Virus record (IMG/VR): IMGVR_UViG_3300024239_000355
Location: 52,378 to 116,377 of that record
Strand: one strand, 5' to 3'
Origin: a virus
Length of the DNA stretch: 64,000 nt
Shown here: positions 8,200 to 18,076 of the stretch, one piece after another
Position numbering within the stretch: position 1 is the first letter of the stretch
How the letters are laid out: each line of letters begins with the position of its first letter
Notes under the pieces: model-generated
Seen by the model: the letters and a program-made list of their open reading frames with translations, nothing else
Told to the model about the DNA's origin: nothing
Databases searched by the model: none
Made by a program: the position numbers and the translations under genes

Positions 8200-10632
8200 G
8201 TGAATATTATGACCACGCTCGCTGATCTCGCCCGTCCCTACCAACTCCGCATGACGAACGAAATTCACCATATCCATCACACGGTTGGTGCGGCGCATGC
8301 GTATGCCCAAGCGCCAACAGGAACGGGAAAAACTTTCCTCATGTTCCTGTACGGTGAAACCCAACCTGGGTTGAAAATCATCGTAGCTGGACAAAGCAAC
8401 CTTATCCGACAGCATAAAGAAACACTGGATGAAATGGTTGCTTCCGGGCTGATCAATCCGGATGAGTGGTACATCGATACGTGGCAGGGTGTGGTTGCGC
8501 TGATCAAAAGCGGGAAGCATGCCGCGCTACAATCAGCCGCCGTACTTTTCTTTGATGAGTGCCATATTGGTGGCAGCAAGGGTGCGGTAAAACGTCCGTC
8601 CCAAGAACGTGACCAGATCAACAATAAGAGCTACCGTGCCATTATCGAGAACATCGCCCCTAAAAAACGGGTCAACGTGTCTGCAACTACTTGGGACGTG
8701 AATGAGCAGGTTTTGGGTCAACGGGATGGTCATGTCACCATCATGACCTATGAAGAAGGGTACGCCGAAGGGTATCTACACCCCGTGAGCTTGAACCGCG
8801 TCGATGTCGGCACCGACATGACCTTCAAGATCAAAAACATTGAAGAAGCGACTGGGGAAGATTTCCACGTTCTTGCCGAAAAAACCCCAGAGGAACTGTA
8901 TGCGTTCTTGCGCAACGAAGCCCACCGCCGTGGGGAACGGATCAGCGTTAAAGACATCACGGGTGTGGTTGAACACCGCCTCAAGACAATGATCGACCTT
9001 TACGCGACCAACCATCTGGGCGAGAAAGCCATTTTCTACTGCCCCAACACGTATTATGCGAATTGGGCAGCAAATCATTTCAACAAGCGCATGATCCGTA
9101 AAAATGGTGAAGGCGCGTGGGGCGATGCCGTTCATTCCAACATCGAGGTTAACATTGATCCCGTCATTGACGACTTCAAAGATACCGACCTGAAACGGGT
9201 CTTGTTCGTCGTCGGGATGCTGAACGAAGGGTTCGATTACCCGTCATTGGCATTGGCGTTCGATTGTGCGTTCAGTCCTGCCAATGTTCGCCGCATGTTG
9301 CAGCGGATTGGTCGTGTTATTCGCACGGTCAAGGATGGTATTAAGCCCCTTTCGCAATACTACTACGCGGTTGATGTCGTTCACTTGTTCAGCAAGAGCG
9401 GAAAAGGGCTGGTAATCCGTGATGATTTTCAAACGCCCGGCAGCCTGACCAATCTCACCGATGATGACCGTGCGTTTGGGATGATGGCGTTTGCCGACCG
9501 CGTTGGTATGGTCGCGATGGCGGATGAACTCGCTGATACTGCTGAACAGCGCCTCGCCGCCAATATCCCCGGTTCCGAAATCGTGGTTGAACACACTGAT
9601 GTCGAGAACGACGATGGTGAACACGATACGATCCGCATCGCGCGGACGCCGTTCTTCACGGTGGAATTGGTTGATGGATCGGTTAATCGTGGGCGCATTG
9701 CCTATCGGGATTTGTTCGCGTCCGTCAATATGTCTGAAGAGAACAAATTATTTGTCATCGCAATGGCAAGAAACAACGAACACCGCCCATCACAAAACAC
9801 CAAACTCGGTGCTTGTTTCCAGAACTATATTTCGCCCAACTCTAAAGCGTATGACCCTAATTTCCACCAATTGATCAAGGATTTGCGTCCTGATTGGTTT
9901 ATAAACAGTGCTGTCAAAATGAAAGAATACCTCATTTCCCGCGCTCGCAATGGAGACGAATGCCCATCCACGTATAAACATTCCACCGATCACAAAATTG
10001 GTATGGCTCTGCGCCGATACGTCAATCCCAATACAAACGTCTACGATTTGGTGTTTGACCAGACGATACGTAGTCTGCGCCCCGATTGGTTTGACGAAAG
10101 CACGGCTTCGTTAAAGAAGAAAATGCTGATCCAAATGGCGGTAAACAACGAGTCACAACCCACTCGGGGTTCCCACCCACAGTTGGCACTTGCATTCTAC
10201 CGTTTTATCAACCCCGCATCTGATCGGTATGATGCAGATTTTACCATCAATATACGTGGTCTGCGACCTGATTGGTTTGAAAACAAAAACGACTCATTTG
10301 AAGAAGAATTGGTTTTGATGGCAAAAAGCAAAAAACCGCGCCCGCGACAGAAAACGGAAATTGGTGCATTTTTAACTAGATGTACCACTGGTAAGAACAA
10401 AAATAGCGATTTTTCGTTAAAATTACGAGAGCTTCGCCCTGATTGGTTCATCCCAACTTCTACTTCGAATAAGGAAAAACTTGTAGGTATTGCAAAGAGT
10501 GGTGTGCCGCGCCCCCCGTTTTCCTCTAAAATGGGTCAAGCTCTATCATGTTACACCACAAAGTCCGGGTGTTACGATGAAGAGTTCTATTACACACTCA
10601 TTCACCTTCGACCTGATTGGTTCAAATCATGA
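8200..10632 (+). CDS. SF2 (DExH) helicase/ATPase with five C-terminal LRPDWF repeats
   Basis: APTGTGKT (motif I), FFDECH (II), SAT (III), GMLNEGFDYP (V), QRIGRVIR (VI); five ~60-aa repeats each ending LRPDWF. Confidence 0.85.
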   Translation: MNIMTTLADLARPYQLRMTNEIHHIHHTVGAAHAYAQAPTGTGKTFLMFLYGETQPGLKIIVAGQSNLIRQHKETLDEMVASGLINPDEWYIDTWQGVVALIKSGKHAALQSAAVLFFDECHIGGSKGAVKRPSQERDQINNKSYRAIIENIAPKKRVNVSATTWDVNEQVLGQRDGHVTIMTYEEGYAEGYLHPVSLNRVDVGTDMTFKIKNIEEATGEDFHVLAEKTPEELYAFLRNEAHRRGERISVKDITGVVEHRLKTMIDLYATNHLGEKAIFYCPNTYYANWAANHFNKRMIRKNGEGAWGDAVHSNIEVNIDPVIDDFKDTDLKRVLFVVGMLNEGFDYPSLALAFDCAFSPANVRRMLQRIGRVIRTVKDGIKPLSQYYYAVDVVHLFSKSGKGLVIRDDFQTPGSLTNLTDDDRAFGMMAFADRVGMVAMADELADTAEQRLAANIPGSEIVVEHTDVENDDGEHDTIRIARTPFFTVELVDGSVNRGRIAYRDLFASVNMSEENKLFVIAMARNNEHRPSQNTKLGACFQNYISPNSKAYDPNFHQLIKDLRPDWFINSAVKMKEYLISRARNGDECPSTYKHSTDHKIGMALRRYVNPNTNVYDLVFDQTIRSLRPDWFDESTASLKKKMLIQMAVNNESQPTRGSHPQLALAFYRFINPASDRYDADFTINIRGLRPDWFENKNDSFEEELVLMAKSKKPRPRQKTEIGAFLTRCTTGKNKNSDFSLKLRELRPDWFIPTSTSNKEKLVGIAKSGVPRPPFSSKMGQALSCYTTKSGCYDEEFYYTLIHLRPDWFKS

Positions 10633-11279
10633 CCTACGTTTGGTCCAACTCCGACCCGAAGCAAGCCTGTCGGGACAAAATCGTGGAAGTTGCCAACCAG
10701 CAGCTTCCACGGGTGCAACAGGTATTCACGTTGCCTTCTGAAGAGGCATTGTGTGCCAAAACGTTTCGATCAACTTGGCCCATGTGTGCCATGGTCGGCG
10801 TGGAGCGACAGAAGGGCATTTTCGAGCGCATGGACCGCAGTAGTGGGATTGTGATGCGTCGGTGTACCCTGCGGGAATACATCGCGTCACAAACCCTCCC
10901 AGAGCATCACTGTGACGTGGCGTTCTTTGACCTTGTTGGACCCGCGTCGCTGCCCAACCTTGGCGACATCGTAGATTTTGTCGCCAATGATCTGGTGGTG
11001 CATCGCAAAAACCCAATGGTGATGGCGGTTACGTTCAACAGCACATTCCGTCATGATCGGGATGCAAACCGTGTGTTGGATGCGATCACAACGGATGTAT
11101 GGCATGAAACCGGGGAATTGATCGGCTATACCATCGAAACGGTAACCGCTCTATTGTGTCAGAAAATCAGGGAACGAACCAGGGTTCGGCGGCTATCCGT
11201 TGTTCACCACGAAAGCTATCAAGCTCAAGATGGGTCAACACCGATGTTCTTCATCATTTTGCTGGTTGAGAAATACTAA
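10629..11279 (+). CDS. Hypothetical protein, possibly a degenerate methyltransferase fold
   Basis: ATGA overlap with the helicase stop; DVAFFDLVG segment followed by alternating beta/alpha pattern (MVMAVTFN, MFFIILLVE). Confidence 0.45.
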   Translation: MTYVWSNSDPKQACRDKIVEVANQQLPRVQQVFTLPSEEALCAKTFRSTWPMCAMVGVERQKGIFERMDRSSGIVMRRCTLREYIASQTLPEHHCDVAFFDLVGPASLPNLGDIVDFVANDLVVHRKNPMVMAVTFNSTFRHDRDANRVLDAITTDVWHETGELIGYTIETVTALLCQKIRERTRVRRLSVVHHESYQAQDGSTPMFFIILLVEKY

Positions 11280-11286
11280 ATACCCC

Positions 11287-11508
11287 ATGCGTATACGAGA
11301 AATTATCGGTGAAAGTACCGACCAACAAACTGTTGAGTTAGAGCGAATACACGATGAAATCCATCGTCTGCGGACCCAGGCAACCCGCATGCGGGAAATC
11401 GGGCGGCTAAACGGGGGTAGTGATACGTTGCCCGATGAGCTTGACGCCCAAGCATCGCGCCTCGAACGGTCGATCAAACGAGATAAAACCGCCGAGAAAG
11501 CTCAGTAA
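11287..11508 (+). CDS. Hypothetical late protein
   Basis: TAAATA 11277-11282, then 4 nt, then ATG; MRIREII start resembles MRIAEIL at 51592. Confidence 0.6.
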   Translation: MRIREIIGESTDQQTVELERIHDEIHRLRTQATRMREIGRLNGGSDTLPDELDAQASRLERSIKRDKTAEKAQ

Positions 11509-11512
11509 CCCC

Positions 11513-11680
11513 TTAGGGAAAGCTTACGGCTTGACGCATGCGACGCATTTCTATCTCTTTCTGGCGGCGTTCAAGATCAACATGATCAACTGCCTGAGAC
11601 AGATACCGTTCGTCTTCGTTCTCTACCGGCGCCCGGAAAATGTCTTTGATGAATGCCCAGATAACAGGAATAACGTGCAT
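11513..11680 (-). CDS. Small DUF3563-like protein
   Basis: ERYLSQAVDHVDLERRQKEI matches the E..YL..S.D..DLE.R pattern; RBS GAGGG. Confidence 0.6.
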   Translation of the reverse strand: MHVIPVIWAFIKDIFRAPVENEDERYLSQAVDHVDLERRQKEIEMRRMRQAVSFP

Positions 11681-11726
11681 AAGTTCCCTCCGATGCTGCA
11701 CCGCAGTATTTAGGAGGGAACCAAAA

Positions 11727-12182
11727 TCATCGTGCTATAGTGATCCCCCAAAAACCAAACGTGCTGGCTACGTCATTCGTCCAAAGATCACCAAGAATTT
11801 CTTGGAGAACGGTTTTTATGTCAGAATATTCTAATGCTTTACACCACGAACCTTCATTTGATTCGCGGCTGAACGACAACCCATATCCAACGTAAAGAAC
11901 CCACGTCGGCGCCTGCTTTTTCTTTAAAATTGGTTCGCCTTCACTAACAACCACGTACTTCCCGAATTTTTCGGATAGTTTTCCCTCGATTGTTTCCCGC
12001 AACGCCTCAAAGTCGTCACAGTAGTAATCGGTTGTGGTATTCCACATTGGCTTTCCACATACCGAGCAGAAATTACCAGTGCTTTCCGGGTGACTACAAC
12101 CGCGACTGCGGGTCGTAGACGGTTCGGGAATATAATTCAGCTTAACCCCGATCATCGCATGATTTTCGTACCACACGCCCAT
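11727..12182 (-). CDS. Hypothetical protein with Zn-ribbon
   Basis: CSH...FCSVCGK motif. Confidence 0.55.
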   Translation of the reverse strand: MGVWYENHAMIGVKLNYIPEPSTTRSRGCSHPESTGNFCSVCGKPMWNTTTDYYCDDFEALRETIEGKLSEKFGKYVVVSEGEPILKKKQAPTWVLYVGYGLSFSRESNEGSWCKALEYSDIKTVLQEILGDLWTNDVASTFGFWGITIAR

Positions 12183-12184
12183 AC

Positions 12185-12439
12185 TTATTCCCCAAACATC
12201 AATTTTTCACGGAATTCCTTGGTGATGATGGACATCCCAAAGGTTATTTCTGCCATTTGCCGGGCGAGAATGGGAATTGCCGCTTTATGAATAGCGGAAT
12301 AGGTGTCACTAAACCCAAGATCACGCAACGCAAATGAAAGTTCAGAGGTTCGTCCCATATATATTGCCGTCAGTCGTTCAATTGCCAGACGAACAGCAGC
12401 ATCATATTCCTTGGTTCCGGGAACAGGACGATCACTCAT
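12185..12439 (-). CDS. Hypothetical protein
   Basis: ORF with ATGA overlap to the upstream 59-aa ORF. Confidence 0.55.
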   Translation of the reverse strand: MSDRPVPGTKEYDAAVRLAIERLTAIYMGRTSELSFALRDLGFSDTYSAIHKAAIPILARQMAEITFGMSIITKEFREKLMFGE

Positions 12440-12615
12440 TTCTGTTTCCATCGCCAACAATTGTTCTCAAATACCATGGTTTCTTTCTTACAATATTTGC
12501 AAGTGTGTGTATCGCCCTCTTTCGGCGGGATGGTTGCCTCCAACATCGCTTCATCAATACTGGCGAGACAGCACCGAAACAGACCGCCGATATGAACATT
12601 GTATTCTTGTGCCAT
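12436..12615 (-). CDS. Small Cys-rich protein (59 aa, not in ORF track)
   Basis: Hand translation MAQEYNVHIGGLFRCCLASIDEAM...TCKYCKKETMVFENNCWRWKQK; starts right after the argS stop and fills the gap exactly. Confidence 0.6.
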   Translation of the reverse strand: MAQEYNVHIGGLFRCCLASIDEAMLEATIPPKEGDTHTCKYCKKETMVFENNCWRWKQK

Positions 12616-14307
12616 TTACATACGCTCCGGGATAGTAATACCCATAATGTCACACACGGTTTCCAACTGCTCCAACACCATTTCCACCATGGTGTAACGG
12701 GATGCCTCGCTGTCGCTCCCCACCACAGTGTGCTTGTGGTAGAACTCGTTAAAGGCAGCCGCGACTTTGTAGGCGTGTTCTGCCAGCCAGTGCGGTTCCC
12801 GCCGGTCATGTGCCACCATCAGCACATCCGGGGCACGCGCCAGTTCCAGCGCCACTGCCCGTTCTTCCGGGTTGGTGATTACGAAGTCGCCAGGGTCAAC
12901 CTCGGATTTGCGGAGGATGCTTTTGCATCGCACTGCCGTGTAAAGGATATATGGTCCTGTACGCCCTTCGAACGAGAGGAAACGGTCAAGGTCGAACGCA
13001 TAGTCAGTGCGCCGGTCATTTCGAAGGTCTGCATACTTGATTGCCGCCAGGGCGACATGTCGGGCAATTTCGTCCTTCTCGTTGTCGGAGAAATCGCTGA
13101 CGATGCGGCTCTTGGCACGGGCTTCTGCATCATCGAGCAACGACGTGAGGCTGACTAAATCCCCATCACGGGTCTTGAATGGCTTTCCATCGGGTCCGTT
13201 AATGGTTCCGAAACCGATATGCTCATACGAAAACTCGTATCCGGCTTTTTCCCCCGCGTAGCCCATGTGAGTGAGCAACTGAGTGGTTGCCGCGAACACC
13301 TGTTTGAAGTGCAGGGATTGGCGCTGATCCACCACGTACAGCACATCCATGACCGGGTAGTTGGTCGGATCAGCAGTAACACGTGAAATCAGGGTTGCCA
13401 CATCGGTGGTGCCATACAAAGCGGCACCGTCCGATTTCTGAAGGATCAGCGGCGGCATATCATCGCCCACCGGGATGACCAACGCCCCTTCGGATTCGTG
13501 CGCTAGATGATTGTACAGGGCATAGTTGATGATCGTGGTGCATTCAACCTGGGAATCGCTTTCGCCGTTCCATAGGTCAAAATTCACGCCCATGCGGTCG
13601 AAAATCACCCGAACATCATTTACGGAGATACGACGAAATGCTCTCCAAAGAGCAAATTCCGGGTCGTTCCCGTTTTGAAGGTTGGAAGTGCGAATTCGCG
13701 CGGCTTCCATCGCCAACGGATCAGTCTTACACCGTACCGACGCCGCACGATAAATGTCCAACAAATCATCGGCGGTAAGATTGGTGTGGTCACGGTTGGT
13801 ATGGATGATTTCATCAATCACCATGCCCATTTGAAGTCCCCAGTCGCCCAGGTGGATATCCGACGTGACGTTGTACCCGAGGAACCGGAAAAGCCGCTGT
13901 AAGCAGTCTCCGATGATGGCACTGCGCAGATGACCCACGTGCATGGTCTTGGCGACGTTTGGTCCCCCAAAATCGATCAACACGTTCTTGGTTGAGAAAT
14001 CCGGCAGTTCTAAACAGCCATCCACGGCGGTAAGCGTTTCTAGTAAGGAATCGGGCACGCGAATGTTGATGAAACCGGGACCGGTGACGGAAGCATCATA
14101 CCCAAGGGCAACTAGCTTCTCGACCACCCCCCTGGCAATTTCAGGGGCACTCGCACCGCTCTGTTTCGCCAGCGGCATCGCACCATTGCACTGATAGTCG
14201 GCCAATTCCGGGCGCCCGGATACAACAACCTTCGCGAAGGTCGGATCGTAGCCAAGCTCGGAGAAAACCCCAGCGAGGGTCGTGTGCAAGGTTGCTTGAA
14301 GAGTCAT
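12616..14307 (-). CDS. argS: Arginyl-tRNA synthetase
   Basis: ADYQCNGAM, GPGFINI, DFGGPNVAKTMHVGHLRSAIIGD, HLGDWGLQMG, LQKSDGAALY, KPFKTRDG, FEGRTGPYILY motifs. Confidence 0.95.
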   Translation of the reverse strand: MTLQATLHTTLAGVFSELGYDPTFAKVVVSGRPELADYQCNGAMPLAKQSGASAPEIARGVVEKLVALGYDASVTGPGFINIRVPDSLLETLTAVDGCLELPDFSTKNVLIDFGGPNVAKTMHVGHLRSAIIGDCLQRLFRFLGYNVTSDIHLGDWGLQMGMVIDEIIHTNRDHTNLTADDLLDIYRAASVRCKTDPLAMEAARIRTSNLQNGNDPEFALWRAFRRISVNDVRVIFDRMGVNFDLWNGESDSQVECTTIINYALYNHLAHESEGALVIPVGDDMPPLILQKSDGAALYGTTDVATLISRVTADPTNYPVMDVLYVVDQRQSLHFKQVFAATTQLLTHMGYAGEKAGYEFSYEHIGFGTINGPDGKPFKTRDGDLVSLTSLLDDAEARAKSRIVSDFSDNEKDEIARHVALAAIKYADLRNDRRTDYAFDLDRFLSFEGRTGPYILYTAVRCKSILRKSEVDPGDFVITNPEERAVALELARAPDVLMVAHDRREPHWLAEHAYKVAAAFNEFYHKHTVVGSDSEASRYTMVEMVLEQLETVCDIMGITIPERM

Positions 14308-14599
14308 CGGGTGCCCAACGTCGTTTGAAAAGTTCAAGATCATGTAATGACGAAAAACGAATATATCGCATCATCTTGTAATTTTCAACGACTTCTATTT
14401 CTATCCCGTGCGCCCGGCACCAATCACGTATTTCCTGATTGAACGGTTCGGCATCTTCGTCCTCTTGGTCCATATATGGCTCTTCGTCATACTCAAGGAG
14501 CCATTTGTCATTTTCGTCCAAGAGCCATACTTCAAATGGATCACAATGTTCGAAGCCTTTGAAGCCGTAATCAGCAAGCGTTCTATAGACCTTATGCAC
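14141..14599 (-). CDS. Hypothetical protein (3' end overlaps argS)
   Basis: The N-terminal ~100 aa look like a phage protein; the frame stays open about 165 nt into argS. Confidence 0.5.
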   Translation of the reverse strand: MHKVYRTLADYGFKGFEHCDPFEVWLLDENDKWLLEYDEEPYMDQEDEDAEPFNQEIRDWCRAHGIEIEVVENYKMMRYIRFSSLHDLELFKRRWAPDDSSSNLAHDPRWGFLRAWLRSDLREGCCIRAPGIGRLSVQWCDAAGETERCECP

Positions 14600-15108
14600 T
14601 ACTTACCCAACACTTTGGTCAAATACTGGTTGAACGCCGATTCTAGATACTTGGTTTCAACGCGCTGAAGAAGTTTGCGCATGACGATTCGGTCAGTCGG
14701 GTTCAGTTCTGCAACAAGCGAATCGATCTTGGTACGGCGCTCCGGGTCATCATCCACAAGGAACTGCTCGACTTCGGCGGCGCTTTCTTCTTGTTGTTGC
14801 TTGAGAGCTTTTTCGATTGCTTTGCGCCCCTTTGGTTCCTCTTTAGGCGCAGACGCGACCGGGGCGAGGGTTGGTTCCGGTTCAGGAGCGGGCGGTGGGG
14901 GAACCGGGGTTGGTTCGGCAGGCGCAATCACCGGCTGAGCGACACTTGCCCTAACAGGGGCATCCGGCTGGACACGATTTTCCACGAAGGACACGATCCG
15001 GTTCGCATAGTCGAGAACCAGATCAAGGTCGAAACGATCAGTTTGCGGGATCAATTGGGTCGCCAGTACGAAGCAATCGTACCGAATTTCCGAATCTGAT
15101 TTGGACAT
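14599..15108 (-). CDS. Hypothetical late protein with Pro/Ala-rich linker
   Basis: TAAATA 15133-15138 and SD GGAGG held in a hairpin (15110-15137). Confidence 0.65.
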   Translation of the reverse strand: MSKSDSEIRYDCFVLATQLIPQTDRFDLDLVLDYANRIVSFVENRVQPDAPVRASVAQPVIAPAEPTPVPPPPAPEPEPTLAPVASAPKEEPKGRKAIEKALKQQQEESAAEVEQFLVDDDPERRTKIDSLVAELNPTDRIVMRKLLQRVETKYLESAFNQYLTKVLGK

Positions 15109-15184
15109 AAAATACCTCCATAACTGTGGAAGTATTTATGACACTTCGCGGGTGTTGGTTCGGAACACCACGATGGCTTTGGTA

Positions 15185-15994
15185 TCAGAAAACCCCCTTG
15201 CGTGCGACGTAAACCAGCATATGGTCTTGACTACAGAAATCAAGACCATGCTTGTGATGGGCTTGCTTGATGAAACGTCCACAGCATCGGCAATGCGGTT
15301 GAAGTGCCTGCCGGGATGTCGTCGCTAGTGCCGGGTGATTCTCGATGGTCACGCCTTCGGGGATGGCGTCGCCATCCTCTTCCGATGCCCGTATGATCAG
15401 GAAGTTGATGAAGAGGCTGATCGGGAGGTTCAATACCTCCCCCTGTTTTACACCCAATCCACCAACGTACCGGATGAATTCTTCAAGGATATCGCTGGCA
15501 TTCATATACCGGTTAAACTCGCGGATGCGGTTCGCTTTGTAGACAACTTCCGCTTCGCTATCGTCAATCCGGTAACTACCGTTCTTATCGATGTGGATGA
15601 TCGAGCCATCTGCCATTTCGATTTGGGTGGCTCGACCCTGCTCAATACAGATGAGGTCAACGTTTCGAGGGATGTCTGTGCGGTTTTTGTGACGGTTGCT
15701 GTTCCCGATCCGGTAGCTGCCGTTTTCCTCGACAAGGATTAACCGCCCATCAGGCAGTTCGACTATGCAATCATGTCCCTTACCAATCTTGATGCGCCCC
15801 GCGCCACCAACATAAGCGTCGTATGAATCGCGCCATATACACAAATTGTTTGCAACCCAATTACCACCGGGCGTTAGCGAACTTCCATACGTTGGTGTTG
15901 CCAAAGTATTTGTGGAGGTGGTTGTAGTTGCCCACCTCGACGTATGAGTGCGTATCACCGACAGAATACGGTTCGTGTATGTGGTGGCGGACAT
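15185..15994 (-). CDS. Hypothetical protein with internal duplication and C-terminal Zn finger
   Basis: ELPDGRLILVEENGSYRI repeated as EMADGSIIHIDKNGSYRI; CRCCG...FCS..H at the C terminus. Confidence 0.6.
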   Translation of the reverse strand: MSATTYTNRILSVIRTHTSRWATTTTSTNTLATPTYGSSLTPGGNWVANNLCIWRDSYDAYVGGAGRIKIGKGHDCIVELPDGRLILVEENGSYRIGNSNRHKNRTDIPRNVDLICIEQGRATQIEMADGSIIHIDKNGSYRIDDSEAEVVYKANRIREFNRYMNASDILEEFIRYVGGLGVKQGEVLNLPISLFINFLIIRASEEDGDAIPEGVTIENHPALATTSRQALQPHCRCCGRFIKQAHHKHGLDFCSQDHMLVYVARKGVF

Positions 15995-15997
15995 AGT

Positions 15998-16312
15998 TTA
16001 CGTCCCGCAATTCAGCCAACGGTCGCGGAGGAAATGCGAAACCGATGAAGTCTGCATAGCAAGGTCGTTATGTTTCCAAACGTTGCGCTTTTCAATGGTA
16101 ACAGTGCGGTGATCCGATGAATACCGGTCAGAAGTCACTTTACCGTTCTGGATTACGCGGTAATGAAGATGCCCGCAATGGGGGCATTCGACCGCATGAT
16201 TACCGTCAACATCAAAGTCAATACGGGCGATAAAGTTCTTGTCGCAACTATGGCAGTATAGAGGCGTATTGACCATTCCCTGCTGTACATACATGTCTGC
16301 GGCGGTACTCAT
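15998..16312 (-). CDS. Zn-ribbon protein
   Basis: CHSC...ECPHCGHLH; RBS GAGGAA. Confidence 0.6.
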   Translation of the reverse strand: MSTAADMYVQQGMVNTPLYCHSCDKNFIARIDFDVDGNHAVECPHCGHLHYRVIQNGKVTSDRYSSDHRTVTIEKRNVWKHNDLAMQTSSVSHFLRDRWLNCGT

Positions 16313-16448
16313 TGCTGTTCCTCGGCTGCAATGCGGTTTGCGTAGCTGGTTTCCAGCGCCTTCAGGCGCTCCACCGACCATCCCTCAGGAACCCCGTCGT
16401 AATCATGGATGATTTGGCGGCGGGCTTCCCGACGATGTTCTTCGGTGA

Positions 16449-16934
16449 TCAGCGCGGACATGATTCCACGGCGTCTTGCAGCTTGCGCAGCGCCTTTTCC
16501 ACCTTCTTGACGCGCTTCTCAACCAGATGGCTGTATTCGCCATCAGTGATGGCGCGGGCACGCAGCTTGAGGGATTCCGCCACACGGGCGGCGGCGCTGA
16601 TCTGAACATCGGCGCTGACATAGCGCAAACCGGGCTTGACACCCGCCTTCATTACACGGTTGAAGTCAAAGGGCGTTTTGTCCCGCCACGTCCACTTTTC
16701 CTGGCAAACAGACTCTCCGCTTTTCCATGAAAACGCCTTCTTGAAATCCTTCTCGGTCATGGCATCCCGATAGCTGTATTCTGGGTTATTCGGATCAAAC
16801 ATTTCGTAGACGACGCGATCACCCTCGGTGCTTAAGACGAGAATCAGTGATCCATCATCGTGTTCCGCCCAGCACATCGCAGCAAGTTGATCGTGATTGG
16901 CGGGATTGTACCCAGGAACGTCATTTGTGGACAT
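16449..16934 (-). CDS. Hypothetical protein
   Basis: ORF with RBS CAGGAA and coding-like codon bias. Confidence 0.6.
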   Translation of the reverse strand: MSTNDVPGYNPANHDQLAAMCWAEHDDGSLILVLSTEGDRVVYEMFDPNNPEYSYRDAMTEKDFKKAFSWKSGESVCQEKWTWRDKTPFDFNRVMKAGVKPGLRYVSADVQISAAARVAESLKLRARAITDGEYSHLVEKRVKKVEKALRKLQDAVESCPR

Positions 16935-16962
16935 AGGCTATTCCTGCATTGGGTTGAAGGTT

Positions 16963-17376
16963 TTATCCGCGACCTTTTGCGGCATCTCGTATAGCAATGA
17001 AATCATCAACCGCATCACACCACGCGGCGAGTGTAGTTCCGAAATCATCAACATCGCCAGCAAAAACCGGGCGCTGGGTCGTCCACCAATCAAGAATGGC
17101 AAGATTGAAGCGGGAACGGCACTGGCTGTACGTCATCAGCATTGAACCATCTTGAACGATGGGTTCGATGCTGATTACATTTCGCATCATCTTGAGGGTA
17201 TTACCGATGATTGCAAAATCATCGGTACGGGTTGGTTGATCAAGAACTGCGATCAGCGTGGTCTTGTAGAGCGGTGCAACGATGCGTACACCTTTCACCA
17301 TTGCCAGAATGTTGATTACCGTTTCGGTAATTGGCGTATCAATGGTAATTGTGCAAAAACGAACGCGGTCAGTCAT
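16963..17376 (-). CDS. Hypothetical protein
   Basis: ATGA overlap with the phosphoesterase stop. Confidence 0.5.
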   Translation of the reverse strand: MTDRVRFCTITIDTPITETVINILAMVKGVRIVAPLYKTTLIAVLDQPTRTDDFAIIGNTLKMMRNVISIEPIVQDGSMLMTYSQCRSRFNLAILDWWTTQRPVFAGDVDDFGTTLAAWCDAVDDFIAIRDAAKGRG

Positions 17377-17996
17377 TGAATGAATACTCCCTGCTTTCTT
17401 AGAAGCAGAAAAATGGAAGCCATTTGGTCGGAATTGCAAGAATCTCCTAAAATTTTCTCAATTTCAAAATGCAACCCCGGAACCAATCGTGACTGAATTT
17501 CTTCCAAACATATCGGACGATAATTCCATACATCTACACCGACGTCGGTGCGATTCCCCAAAGGGGTGATATTACCATGGGTATGACCATGCAAATGTAA
17601 TGACCCATGGTATGCTGCGTTCCACGACAGCAACGGGTAATGGGATAAGACTATGGTTTTACCACCGTCCTTAATCTGGTGGATGCGATCCACTACCTCA
17701 AAACAATCACGTAGATTGCGGCGGAACCGTTCGTCGTGATTGCCTGGGACTAGAACAATATGACCGTTCAGGCGTTTGCGAATGGTCTTCAGCCCTTGCC
17801 AGCTTCCAAAACCGAAATCCCCCAGATGATACACCGTATCCGCAGACGTGACGACTTCATTCCAATTGGCGATCAACGCCTCGTCCATTTCTTCGGCGGA
17901 CGCATACGGACGGTTACAGAACTTGATAATACCAGATGGCATTTCACCAAGTTTGTTCCCGTGCTGAAAATGAGTGTCTGAAGTGAAATAAATCAT
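17373..17996 (-). CDS. Calcineurin-like metallophosphoesterase
   Basis: TSDTHF, HLGDF, GNHD, SHYP, HGHTH motifs. Confidence 0.9.
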   Translation of the reverse strand: MIYFTSDTHFQHGNKLGEMPSGIIKFCNRPYASAEEMDEALIANWNEVVTSADTVYHLGDFGFGSWQGLKTIRKRLNGHIVLVPGNHDERFRRNLRDCFEVVDRIHQIKDGGKTIVLSHYPLLSWNAAYHGSLHLHGHTHGNITPLGNRTDVGVDVWNYRPICLEEIQSRLVPGLHFEIEKILGDSCNSDQMASIFLLLRKQGVFIQ

Positions 17997-18076
17997 ACCG
18001 AATACCATGCACAATTCGGGACATTTTGCAAGTGGAAAGCCCGCCGCAAGGCGGGCTTTCCATCATCAGCACCTTG

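Noticed and set aside
14141-14343. Overlap of about 165 nt between a hypothetical ORF and argS as dual coding
   Set aside because: The extension has no protein-like features; more simply a lost stop codon.
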